Below, piece by piece: positions 37,164 to 45,370 of a stretch of DNA of 63,336 nt. How positions within the stretch are numbered: the stretch's first letter is position 1; every line of letters starts with the position of its first letter. Source of the stretch: Chloroflexota bacterium (GTDB lineage: Bacteria > Chloroflexota > Limnocylindria > QHBO01); assembly GCA_039933775.1 (NCBI GenBank), contig JBDTNK010000003.1:1-63336 (forward strand). The letters run 5' to 3'. Under the pieces are notes generated by a model. That model was not told where the DNA came from and did not search any database. It worked only from the letters and a program-made list of their open reading frames with translations. The position numbers and the translations under genes are program-made.

Positions 37164-37172
37164 TGCTATACT
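37164..37172 (+). promoter_or_regulatory. Extended -10 TGcTATACT upstream of the second LCP gene
   Basis: TGn + TATACT about 40 nt before ATG 37213. Confidence 0.5.
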
Positions 37173-37212
37173 GCGACGCTCCGCCCCGTTCTCGCCTTCT
37201 GCCAGGGTGTCC

Positions 37213-38703
37213 ATGACCGATCTCTCGCGCCGCCGACACCCCGCTGTGGCCGCCGCCCTGTCGTTCCTCATCCCGGGACTCGGGCAGGCCTATTCGGGTC
37301 GCTGGCGCCTTGGATTGCTGCTCGGAGTGCCCTTCGTGCTGCTCGTGATCGCGGCGGTGGCGGCGTATTTCCTGGCCGCCGACGCGCTGCGCAACGCGAT
37401 CTTCAGCTCGACCTTCCTCATCGGTCTGTTCATCGCCAACGCGATCCTGCTGGTGTGGCGCGGCGCCGCCATCGGTCATGCAGGGTTGGCGGAGGAGAAG
37501 GAGGCGGCGGCGGTCGCGCCGCGCCATCGGTCGCCATGGGCGATTGGTGCGGTTGTCGTGCTGCTGGCCGCCACCGTCGGGATGCACGGCTACGCGGCAA
37601 TCGTGATCGACCGGCTCAACGGCACGCTGGAGCAAGTCTTCTCCGGTGGCCACCAGACGGAAGATGGTGACGGCGACGCGACCGGTAACCCGGACGATCC
37701 GCTGGATGAAGAGGCGCCTCTGAACCAGCCTGCCTACGAGTGGGACGGCACGGACCGGATAAACTTCCTGCTCATCGGCGTGGATTCCGGGCCGGGACGC
37801 GACCAGCAGCTGACCGACACGATCCTCGTCGTCAGCGTCGACCCGGTGAAGCAGGATGCGGTGATGGTCTCGGTGCCGCGCGATACCGGATTCATGCCGC
37901 TGCCCGATACGAGCGTGTACGCGGACGGGCGCTTCCCACAGAAGATCAACGAGCTCGCGACGACGGCCGATGCATCGCCGCAGGTGTGGTGCCCCGACCT
38001 GCCCGAGGGCGCCGACTGCGGCGTTCGCACGCTGGAGCGATCCGTGGCGCTCTACCTTGGCATCCCGATCCAGTACTACGCGCGGATCGACCTGGTCGGG
38101 TTCACGCAGCTCATCGACGCGGTGGGTGGCGTGAACCTGTGCCTGCCCGGGCGGCTGATCGACGAACAGTACCGACTCCCGGGGTCGCCAGAAATAGGGA
38201 TCGCGCTGCCTGCGGGCTGCCGGACATATGAGGGTGACGAGGCGCTCGCCTACGCGCGCATTCGGATGGGCTTCATCGAGCTGCCCGACGGCACGAGGGA
38301 GCAGCAGAACGACTTCAAGCGCGCCGAACGACAGCAGGAGGTCCTGCTCGCGCTGCAACGCGAGCTGACCGGTGGCGACCTCTTCTTTGAGCTCCCTGGC
38401 TTTCTGGATGCGGTGGCCGAGACGGTCCAGACCGATTTCCCGCGCTCAAGCGCCGGCGACCTGGCCACCCTGATGCCGCTGATCACGCGCGGCGATATCG
38501 AGCGCGTCGTGCTGGGCCTGCCCGAGTTCGTCGAGCCACCACTCGACCCGGTAAACAACTACATCCTCACCCCCATTCGCGATGCGATCGTGGCCGAGAT
38601 GCGGCGCCTCTTCGGCACCGATCTCCACGGATGGTATGTAGGCGGTCCCGATACGGTGCCACCGCCCTTCAGCCTCGATCAGTCGCCATCGCCGGGCACC
38701 TGA
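37213..38703 (+). CDS. Second LCP family protein with N-terminal membrane domain
   Basis: SFLIPGLGQAYSG, NFLLIGVD, TDTILVVSVD, VSVPRDT, KINEL, LIDAVGGV, ALAYARIR, NDFKRAERQQ. Confidence 0.92.
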   Translation: MTDLSRRRHPAVAAALSFLIPGLGQAYSGRWRLGLLLGVPFVLLVIAAVAAYFLAADALRNAIFSSTFLIGLFIANAILLVWRGAAIGHAGLAEEKEAAAVAPRHRSPWAIGAVVVLLAATVGMHGYAAIVIDRLNGTLEQVFSGGHQTEDGDGDATGNPDDPLDEEAPLNQPAYEWDGTDRINFLLIGVDSGPGRDQQLTDTILVVSVDPVKQDAVMVSVPRDTGFMPLPDTSVYADGRFPQKINELATTADASPQVWCPDLPEGADCGVRTLERSVALYLGIPIQYYARIDLVGFTQLIDAVGGVNLCLPGRLIDEQYRLPGSPEIGIALPAGCRTYEGDEALAYARIRMGFIELPDGTREQQNDFKRAERQQEVLLALQRELTGGDLFFELPGFLDAVAETVQTDFPRSSAGDLATLMPLITRGDIERVVLGLPEFVEPPLDPVNNYILTPIRDAIVAEMRRLFGTDLHGWYVGGPDTVPPPFSLDQSPSPGT

Positions 38704-38766
38704 AATCCGCGTGAGCCACCCGGAGAGCCGCTGCCATCCGAACGGGGCTCGTCTCGCCGGATTGCG

Positions 38767-39525
38767 TCAAAACTGGCGGCCCTGGGCGATCTGCCAGAGC
38801 GTGCGCAGGATGATCCGCACGTCGAGGCGGAATGAGCGGCGCTCGACGTAGTCGAGGTCGAGCTTCACGCCCTCGTCGAAGTTGAGTCGCCCCCAACCGA
38901 GCACTTGCCACAGCCCGGTCAGCCCCGGCGGCACGGAGAGCCGGCGCAGGTGCCACGGCTCGTAGAGGTCAACCTCGTACGGGATCGGCGGCCGGGGACC
39001 GACAAGGCTCATGTCGCCGCGCACGATGTTGAGCAGCTGCGGCAGCTCATCGAGGTGTGAGCGGCGCAGGAACCGTCCGACGTTCGTGACGCGCTCGTCG
39101 CCCTCGATGGGGACCCAGGCGCGATGCCGCATGCCGTCGGCGCGCTTGATGAGGCGGCTGATATGGCGCTGATGCCGGCCCTGGTCGGCGCTCATGTGCA
39201 TGGTGCGGAACTTGAAGCAGGCGAAGGGCCGGCCGCCCAGGCCCAGGCGCTCCTGCCGGAAGAGGATCGGCCCCGGTGAGTCCAGGCGCACCGCGGTCGC
39301 GATCCCGGCGAGCAGCGGGCTGAGCACGACCAGGCCGACCGAGCTCGCGGCGAGGTCCAGGGTCCGCTTCGCGATCCGATAGCCCAGCCTCGTGGACGCT
39401 TCGGGCACCTCGGCGCGCGTCGCCGGCGGCCGCGAGTCAGTCGTCGCGACGACGCCAACGCGCTGCGCGACGTCTGTCGTCTCTACGCTCACGGCGAGGT
39501 GCGGAAGATCCTTCGGCGGGTTCAT
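38767..39525 (-). CDS. Second priming sugar phosphotransferase
   Basis: KRTLDL, FKFRTM, DERVTNVGRFLRRSHLDELPQLLNI.RGDMSLVGPRP, PGLTGLWQV. GGAG SD before ATG 39525. Confidence 0.92.
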   Translation of the reverse strand: MNPPKDLPHLAVSVETTDVAQRVGVVATTDSRPPATRAEVPEASTRLGYRIAKRTLDLAASSVGLVVLSPLLAGIATAVRLDSPGPILFRQERLGLGGRPFACFKFRTMHMSADQGRHQRHISRLIKRADGMRHRAWVPIEGDERVTNVGRFLRRSHLDELPQLLNIVRGDMSLVGPRPPIPYEVDLYEPWHLRRLSVPPGLTGLWQVLGWGRLNFDEGVKLDLDYVERRSFRLDVRIILRTLWQIAQGRQF

Positions 39526-39548
39526 CTGCTCCGGTTCGGTGCGTGCGG

Positions 39549-39625
39549 TGGTCGGGGCGGCCGGATTCGAACCGGCGACTTCCTGCTCCCAAAGCAGGCG
39601 CGCTGCCAGGCTGCGCCACGCCCCG
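39549..39625 (-). tRNA. tRNA-Pro (anticodon TGG), CCA encoded
   Basis: CGGGGCGTGGCGCAGCCTGGCAGCGCGCCTGCTTTGGGAGCAGGAAGTCGCCGGTTCGAATCCGGCCGCCCCGACCA: 77 nt, acceptor stem CGGGGCG/CGCCCCG, TTCGAA T-loop. Confidence 0.97.
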
Positions 39626-39651
39626 ACCGAAATGAGTCCGGATCGGCTCGC

Positions 39652-39657
39652 ATCATA
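39652..39657 (-). promoter_or_regulatory. -10 TATGAT for the tRNA-Pro transcript
   Basis: Lies 26 nt upstream of the mature tRNA 5' end. Confidence 0.45.
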
Positions 39658-39852
39658 CCGATGTCGTGCCACCCGCTGCTCCGGGCGCGGAGCTCGTCCC
39701 CGGACGAGGAGGCGTCGAGCGGTCCAAATTCGCGCCGATGCTATCCTCCCTACCCGGCTCCGTCACGATCGAGCACGAATGTCCGGATTGATGCAGCTTT
39801 GCCGTCGATCCGTTTCCAGTATGGATGGCGCGAAAGCGGCCGGCGAGGAGCG

Positions 39853-40485
39853 ATGCCACAACCGACGCAGACCGATGACGCCGTCCTGGCCGTACAGATC
39901 GCCGCGGGTGATCGCGAGGCGCTCGGCGAGCTGTACGACCGGTATGTGTCTGTCGCGCTCGCAACCGCGCTGCGCGTGGTCTCAGATCGTCAACTCGCGG
40001 AGGACATCGTGCACGACGCCTTCGTGGCGGCATGGCAGAAGATCGGGCGCTATGACCCGGCGCGTGGCGCGCTGCGGGCGTGGCTGTTGACGATCGTCCG
40101 CAATCGGGCCATCGACCGCGTTCGATCCAGCCGCCCGTCGATGGACATTGACGCGGCCGATGCCCTCGCCCTGCTCACCAGCGGCCCGAACCCGACCTGG
40201 GACGCTGCCGTCGAACGCCTCTCCGCACGCGAGCTGCGGGCCGCGGTCGACAGCCTGCCGCCCGAGCAGCGCACCGCCGTCGAGCTCGCCTTTTTCGGCG
40301 GCCACACCTACCGCGAGATCGCGGACATGACCGGTGTCCCGCGCGGGACCGCGAACGGCCGGCTGCGGTTGGCGCTCGCGAAGCTGCGCAACCTGCTCAG
40401 CGTCGGCGACGCAGCGCCGCTCACCGAAGGCGGCAGCGGTCCTGGCATCGCATCCTCCGAAGTTGCGCACGGGCTCGACCGATGA
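39853..40485 (+). CDS. ECF RNA polymerase sigma factor (SigK-like)
   Basis: SD GAGGAG. GDREALGELYDRY, AEDIVHDAFVAAW, WLLTIVRNRAIDRVR, LPPEQRTAVELAFFGG.TYREIA, GTANGRLRLAL. Confidence 0.92.
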   Translation: MPQPTQTDDAVLAVQIAAGDREALGELYDRYVSVALATALRVVSDRQLAEDIVHDAFVAAWQKIGRYDPARGALRAWLLTIVRNRAIDRVRSSRPSMDIDAADALALLTSGPNPTWDAAVERLSARELRAAVDSLPPEQRTAVELAFFGGHTYREIADMTGVPRGTANGRLRLALAKLRNLLSVGDAAPLTEGGSGPGIASSEVAHGLDR

Positions 40486-41249
40486 ACTGCCGAGAGGTCG
40501 ATGAGTTCGGTGCGGCATTCGCGGCTGGTGCGCTCGACGAACGACAGCGGCGCGGAGCGCTCGCCCACCTTGCGACCTGCCGGCAGCCACACCCGGACGC
40601 TCGGATGGCACCCGCTCTCGCGACCGTCCTCGCGAGCTCGCTGGAGCCCGTGACGCCACCCCCCGCGCTGCGGCAACGGCTGATGGAGACAATCGAGGCG
40701 AGGCCGCAGGAGCATGCGGCCCAGCCGCGTCGGTCGGTACGCGACGCCGTTGCGCCTCTCTCGCCCGACATGAGTCCGCGACCATTTCTGGGCTGGCTGC
40801 CGCAATCGCTCGCTCGCGGCCTCGCCGTTGGCGGCGTCACTGCGGCGCTGGCGCTGGCGGTGGTCGGCGGCTCGCTGTATGCACAGCTTCGCGACCGCGA
40901 CGACGCGCTGCGGGCGCTCGCGACGACGATCGCCGCCGGGGATGCGGCGCTGCGCGTCAGCGGCGAGGCGGGCAGCGGCTATCTCGTGGACCGCCAGGGG
41001 ACAGGTGCGACGCTGATTCTGGCCGACGTGAAGGCCCTGCCAGCCGATCGGCTCTACGAGCTGTGGCTGATTCCGGAGCAAGGCGCACCGACGGCCGTCG
41101 GGACATTCACGCCGTCGGACGACGAGATCACGGTGGTGCCGGTCGAGGACGACCTCGACGGCTACTCCGGCTTCGCGATGACCGTCGAGGCCGAACGGGT
41201 CGACGCGCCGACGACCGACCCGGTGCTCGTGGCTCCGCTCGAGGGCTGA
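40482..41249 (+). CDS. Anti-sigma factor, RskA-like
   Basis: ATGA overlap with the sigma gene. Zinc-finger-like N-terminus, single TM, YELWLIP...P.AVG.F, FAMTVE..P.T.PVL. Confidence 0.88.
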   Translation: MNCREVDEFGAAFAAGALDERQRRGALAHLATCRQPHPDARMAPALATVLASSLEPVTPPPALRQRLMETIEARPQEHAAQPRRSVRDAVAPLSPDMSPRPFLGWLPQSLARGLAVGGVTAALALAVVGGSLYAQLRDRDDALRALATTIAAGDAALRVSGEAGSGYLVDRQGTGATLILADVKALPADRLYELWLIPEQGAPTAVGTFTPSDDEITVVPVEDDLDGYSGFAMTVEAERVDAPTTDPVLVAPLEG

Positions 41250-41257
41250 CACCACGA

Positions 41258-41287
41258 AGCGCCCGGAGCGGTGGGGCTCCGGGCGCT
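41258..41287 (+). terminator. Hairpin after the sigma/anti-sigma operon
   Basis: Perfect 12-bp stem AGCGCCCGGAGC / GCTCCGGGCGCT, 6-nt loop, 9 nt after the stop. No U tract. Confidence 0.6.
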
Positions 41288-41458
41288 CGTGATCGGTGCG
41301 GCGAACCGCGGCTCAGCGGTTCCGACGCCTCGCGAAGGCGAGGAGGCCGCCGAACGAAACGGCGGACGCCGAGGCGGCGATCAGGAGCCACGGAAGTGCC
41401 GGCCCCGAACCGGCATATCACTCGGTCTCACGGTCGAGCTGGCTTGCATAATCCGGCG

Positions 41459-42712
41459 GTGCTGCGGATCCTTCGGCAACCCGACTTCTCGAGGCTGTGG
41501 CTCGGCGGGCTGATCTCGATGATCGGCGACTGGATCCTGATCGTGGGCCTGCCGTTCGAGATCTACCGCCGCACCGGCTCCACGCTGGCCACCGGCGCCA
41601 TGGTGCTCGCCTATCTCATCCCCTCGATCACCCTCGGGTCGTTCGCCGGGGTCTTCGTGGACCGATGGGACCGTAAACGCCTCATGGTCGCGGTCAATGT
41701 CGTGCTCGCGTTGGCCGTGCTGCCGCTGCTGCTGATGGACACGCTCGGGATCTGGATCGCGTACCTGGTGCTCGTCATCTCGAGCAGCCTCGAGCAGCTC
41801 TTCTCCCCGGCAGAGACGGCGCTGCTGCCCAACCTGCTCGAACATCCCGATGACGACCTCGTGACGGCCAACGCGCTGAATGGCATGAACAACCACTTGG
41901 CGCGGCTCATCGGTCCGGCGGTGGGCGGGATCATCGTCGCGGTGGGCGGCATGACCGCGGTGGCGCTGATCGACGCGGTCTCGTTCATCATCAGCGCCGT
42001 GCTCATCGGGTCAATCCGTGCCACCCACACACGCGCCACGCCGGTGGCATCGCTCGAGCACGAGGCCATGACGGCCTGGACCCGGGTGGTGGCCGAGTGG
42101 CGCGAGGGCCTCCGGATCGTGCTCGGTCAGCCGGTGCTGCGGGCATTGCTCGTCTTCTTCGTCATCACTCGCATCGGCGAGGGATTGACCGCGACGCTGT
42201 TCGTGCCATGGGTGACCGATGCCCTGCACTCCGACTCGGCCGGCTACGGCGCGCTGCTCTCTACCCAGGCACTCGGGGGCCTCGCCGGGGCGGTGGTCAT
42301 CGGGCGCATGGGCGCGCGCTTGAACCCGCTGCGGCTGCTCGTCGTGGGGGCAATCGCGTTCGGGCTCATCGACCTGGCGCTGTTCACGTACCCGGTGCTC
42401 TACCCGTTCATCGGTCCGGCGCTGTTCGCGATGGTGATCGTGGGCGTCCCGGGCGCCGCCATGGTCGCGGGCTGGACAACGCTCGAGCAGACGCTGGCGG
42501 CCGACTCGCACCGCGGACGCGTGATCGCGGCGATCGGTGCCGTGGCCAGCCTGGGGTCGCTGGTCGGCGCGAGCGCCGCCGCCGTGCTGGGTGAGACGGT
42601 TCCGGTGATCCCGCTGCTCATCGTCCAGGGCAGCGGCTACGTCATCGGCGGCCTGGTCGTCGCCTGGATGACGCGCGTCGCGTCGGATGGGTCCTCGACG
42701 ACCACCGGATAG
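41459..42712 (+). CDS. MFS transporter (DHA3/H+ antiporter-like)
   Basis: GTG 41459 lies 6 nt after [37 protein letters not shown], about 12 TMs. Confidence 0.9.
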   Translation: MLRILRQPDFSRLWLGGLISMIGDWILIVGLPFEIYRRTGSTLATGAMVLAYLIPSITLGSFAGVFVDRWDRKRLMVAVNVVLALAVLPLLLMDTLGIWIAYLVLVISSSLEQLFSPAETALLPNLLEHPDDDLVTANALNGMNNHLARLIGPAVGGIIVAVGGMTAVALIDAVSFIISAVLIGSIRATHTRATPVASLEHEAMTAWTRVVAEWREGLRIVLGQPVLRALLVFFVITRIGEGLTATLFVPWVTDALHSDSAGYGALLSTQALGGLAGAVVIGRMGARLNPLRLLVVGAIAFGLIDLALFTYPVLYPFIGPALFAMVIVGVPGAAMVAGWTTLEQTLAADSHRGRVIAAIGAVASLGSLVGASAAAVLGETVPVIPLLIVQGSGYVIGGLVVAWMTRVASDGSSTTTG

Positions 42713-42998
42713 GGGTCACGCAGGTGCACCGGCTCCTGGTCCCGCTGGCCGCGAACGCGCGGGTTGATGAGCTCCACGAAGACGCTGAATGCCATCGCGA
42801 AGTAGATGTAGCCCTTCGGGATGTGGAACTCGAGACCCTCGGCGACCAACACGGTCCCTAAGCAGGAGGAAGCTGAGGGCGAGGATCTTGACGGTCGGGC
42901 GGCGGTTCAACGAAGTCGCTGATCGCGCCGGCGCTGATCATCATGACGCCGACAGCGATGACGACGGCAGTGATCATGACCCACAGATCGTCGGCCAT
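42637..42998 (-). pseudogene. terC: 5'-truncated, doubly frameshifted TerC-family membrane protein relic
   Basis: Three successive frames give MADDLWVMITAVVIAVGVMMISAGAISDFV / [15 protein letters not shown] / [32 protein letters not shown], the TerC/YkoY C-terminal half. Confidence 0.85.
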
Positions 42999-43122
42999 GA
43001 GGTTCAGCTCCTGCGGGAGAAAGCGTCGGCATCGCCGAAGAGGCAGGTAGCGTGCCGCATGACGCTGATGCCTGCTGCGGACCGCATCGCCTGCCGGCCC
43101 GGGTCAGCGACGGCTGGCCGAA

Positions 43123-45279
43123 TCAGGCGCGACCGGCGGCCGCCTCGTCGGATCGACGACGACCGGCCAGCCGGATGAGGTCCTCGTGAAGCTCGAACCA
43201 CACCCCGTGATAGCTGTCGACGCGTGGCGACGCGACGAAGCGCTGGTCACCACCGCGGGCGAGCTCCAGCGCTCGCTCCAGCCGCGATGCGTACGTCGCG
43301 AATCGATGCAGAACGTCCGCCGTCGGCGAGAGCCATGCGGCGGTCTCCGCATGCAGGGCGGCGAGGTCGTCCAGGACCCCTGCGTCGTACGCCGCGTCGG
43401 CATGATCGTTGATGGCCTGCGCACCGGCCACCTCGCGCACCTGCCAGGCCGTGACGATCTGCTTCATGCGCGTATCGAATCGGTGGAAGGCTTCGAGCAG
43501 CGCAGCGCTGGCCTCGTCGCCGATCTGGGCTCGATCGGCGGCCATGAGATCGAGACCTCGCAGCTTGCCCTCCGCCGACAGCCGCAGCGACCCGTCCCTT
43601 GACTCGACCAGCGCCTCGGCCGACAGCGCCTCCACGACGCCCGCCAGGCCGTCCGGCGCGACGAGGCGCGACTCCGCGAGCTGCTCGGGCGTCGCCGCGC
43701 CCTTGATCAGGAGGCCGCGCAGCAGATCGTCTCGGGATGCCGTGCCTTCAAGCGGCAGAGCAGTGGGGCCCGCATCGGCGGGGGCGCTCGAATCGTCGGT
43801 GCGCTGCTCGACCCGCGGCTCGATCCCCAGCTCCTGCGCCCAGGCGAGCAGGATCGCCGCCTCCGGCGCCACCTCGTCGCTGCCCTCCAGCCGGCCGGCG
43901 AAGACCTCGCCGGTCGAGCCGTCGATCGTCAGCTCCTCGCCGGCCGCGATGACCGTGCCCTCGATCTCGACGCTGTCGACACCGGGCCGCACGCCGGCGG
44001 CGCCAACCACGGCGGGAATGCCCCAGCCGCGCGCCACGACGGCGGCATGGCTGGCCAGGCCGCCCCGCGCGGTGAGCACGCCGGCGGCGCGCGACATGCC
44101 GCGCACGTCGTCGGGCGATGTCTCGGATCGAACCAGGATGACCGACCGCCCGGATTCAGCTACCGTCTCGGCAGCGTCGGACGAGGTGGCGATCACGCCC
44201 GTTGCCACGCCCGGCGAGGCGGGCAGGCCGCGCGCCAGCGGGGCGGGGACGCCGAGCGCCCGAACGAAGATGCGCGGTGGATGGGCCAGGTGCGCCGCGA
44301 CGCGCTCGACCGCTTCGGCACGCGAGCAGGCCATGCTCGGATCATCGGCCATGTCGATCGCGATCCGCAGCGCGGCGCGCGGGCTGCGCTTCCCGGCACG
44401 CACCTGGAGCAGCCACAGCCGGCCCTCCTCGATCGTGAACTCGATGTCGCACAGGTCGGCCACGTGCTGCTCGAGCGTCGCCGCGTGACGGTGGAGCTCG
44501 GCGGCGACATCCGGCAGGCGCTGCTCGAGGACCGCGATCGGCTGCGGCTGCTGACCGCCGGCCACGACGTCCTCGCCCTGCGCATCGAACATCACGTCGC
44601 CGTACGGGGTCGGCTCACCGGTGGATGGGTTGCGCGTGAAGAGCACCCCCGTGCCGGAGTTCGCGCCACGGTTGCCGAAGACCATGGCCTGCACCGTCAC
44701 CGCAGTGCCCAGGTCGTCGCTAATCTGCTCGCGCCGCCGGTAGGCACGCGCCCGCTCGCTGTTCCACGAGCGGAAGACCGCCTCGATCGCCGCGCGCAGC
44801 TGCTGCCAGGGATCGTCGGGCAGCGCGTCGGTGCCGATCACCGTCCGATATCCCTCGCGCAGGCGCCGCAGACAGTCGTCGGCGAATGCCGCGTCGCCGG
44901 TGGCCGCGGCGAGACCGGCGACCGATGCCTGGCTCAGGCCCAGGTCCAGGATCGTGTCCATCATGCCGGGCATGGAGACCGCGGCCCCCGACCTGACACT
45001 CACGAGCAACGGATCCTCGGGGTCGCCGAACCGATGTCCGACGCGCTCGCCGAGCCGCTCGATATGGTCGCGCAGCTCGTCGTCGAGCCCATCGGGCCAT
45101 TGGCCTTCCAGGAAGTGCGTGCTGGCCACGGTGGTGATGGTGAAGCCGGGCGGCACCGGCAGGCGAAGCTCGTTGGCCATGACGGCCAGGTTCGCCCCTT
45201 TGCCGCCCAGGAGCCGGGTCAGCTCTGCGTGCGAAAGCTCCGGCGGTGCGTCGAAGTCGTAGACGTAGCGGTTCGACAT
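43123..45279 (-). CDS. PPDK-like protein: ATP-grasp + phospho-His domain, no PEP/pyruvate TIM barrel, fused non-PPDK C-terminal domain
   Basis: LLGGKGANL, VPPGFTITT, VSVRSGAAVSMPGMMDT, VQAMVFGN, DIEFT, RGGLASHAAVVARGWG. About 200-aa tail ending DSYHGVWFELHEDL. Confidence 0.9.
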   Translation of the reverse strand: MSNRYVYDFDAPPELSHAELTRLLGGKGANLAVMANELRLPVPPGFTITTVASTHFLEGQWPDGLDDELRDHIERLGERVGHRFGDPEDPLLVSVRSGAAVSMPGMMDTILDLGLSQASVAGLAAATGDAAFADDCLRRLREGYRTVIGTDALPDDPWQQLRAAIEAVFRSWNSERARAYRRREQISDDLGTAVTVQAMVFGNRGANSGTGVLFTRNPSTGEPTPYGDVMFDAQGEDVVAGGQQPQPIAVLEQRLPDVAAELHRHAATLEQHVADLCDIEFTIEEGRLWLLQVRAGKRSPRAALRIAIDMADDPSMACSRAEAVERVAAHLAHPPRIFVRALGVPAPLARGLPASPGVATGVIATSSDAAETVAESGRSVILVRSETSPDDVRGMSRAAGVLTARGGLASHAAVVARGWGIPAVVGAAGVRPGVDSVEIEGTVIAAGEELTIDGSTGEVFAGRLEGSDEVAPEAAILLAWAQELGIEPRVEQRTDDSSAPADAGPTALPLEGTASRDDLLRGLLIKGAATPEQLAESRLVAPDGLAGVVEALSAEALVESRDGSLRLSAEGKLRGLDLMAADRAQIGDEASAALLEAFHRFDTRMKQIVTAWQVREVAGAQAINDHADAAYDAGVLDDLAALHAETAAWLSPTADVLHRFATYASRLERALELARGGDQRFVASPRVDSYHGVWFELHEDLIRLAGRRRSDEAAAGRA

Positions 45280-45344
45280 GTGCGTCTCAGATCGAAGGTT
45301 CAGCGGGTTTCCCGCCATCGGCCGATGCGGCTATGCTCCAGTAT

Positions 45345-45358
45345 GATCGATGATCGAT
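45345..45358. promoter_or_regulatory. Tandem GATCGAT x2 overlapping -10 TATGAT in the divergent dikinase promoter (candidate operator)
   Basis: Contains TCGATGATCGAT. An 11/12 copy (TCGATAATCGAT, minus strand) lies at 54309-54320. Confidence 0.45.
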
Positions 45359-45370
45359 ACTTGGGAGGTC

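Noticed and set aside
39549-39625. tRNA-Pro as an att site for an integrated element
   Set aside because: No integrase and no duplicated tRNA 3' end noticed in the window.
43123-45279. Annotation as ordinary pyruvate phosphate dikinase (ppdK)
   Set aside because: The C-terminal PEP/pyruvate TIM barrel is absent, so it cannot perform the full PPDK reaction alone.
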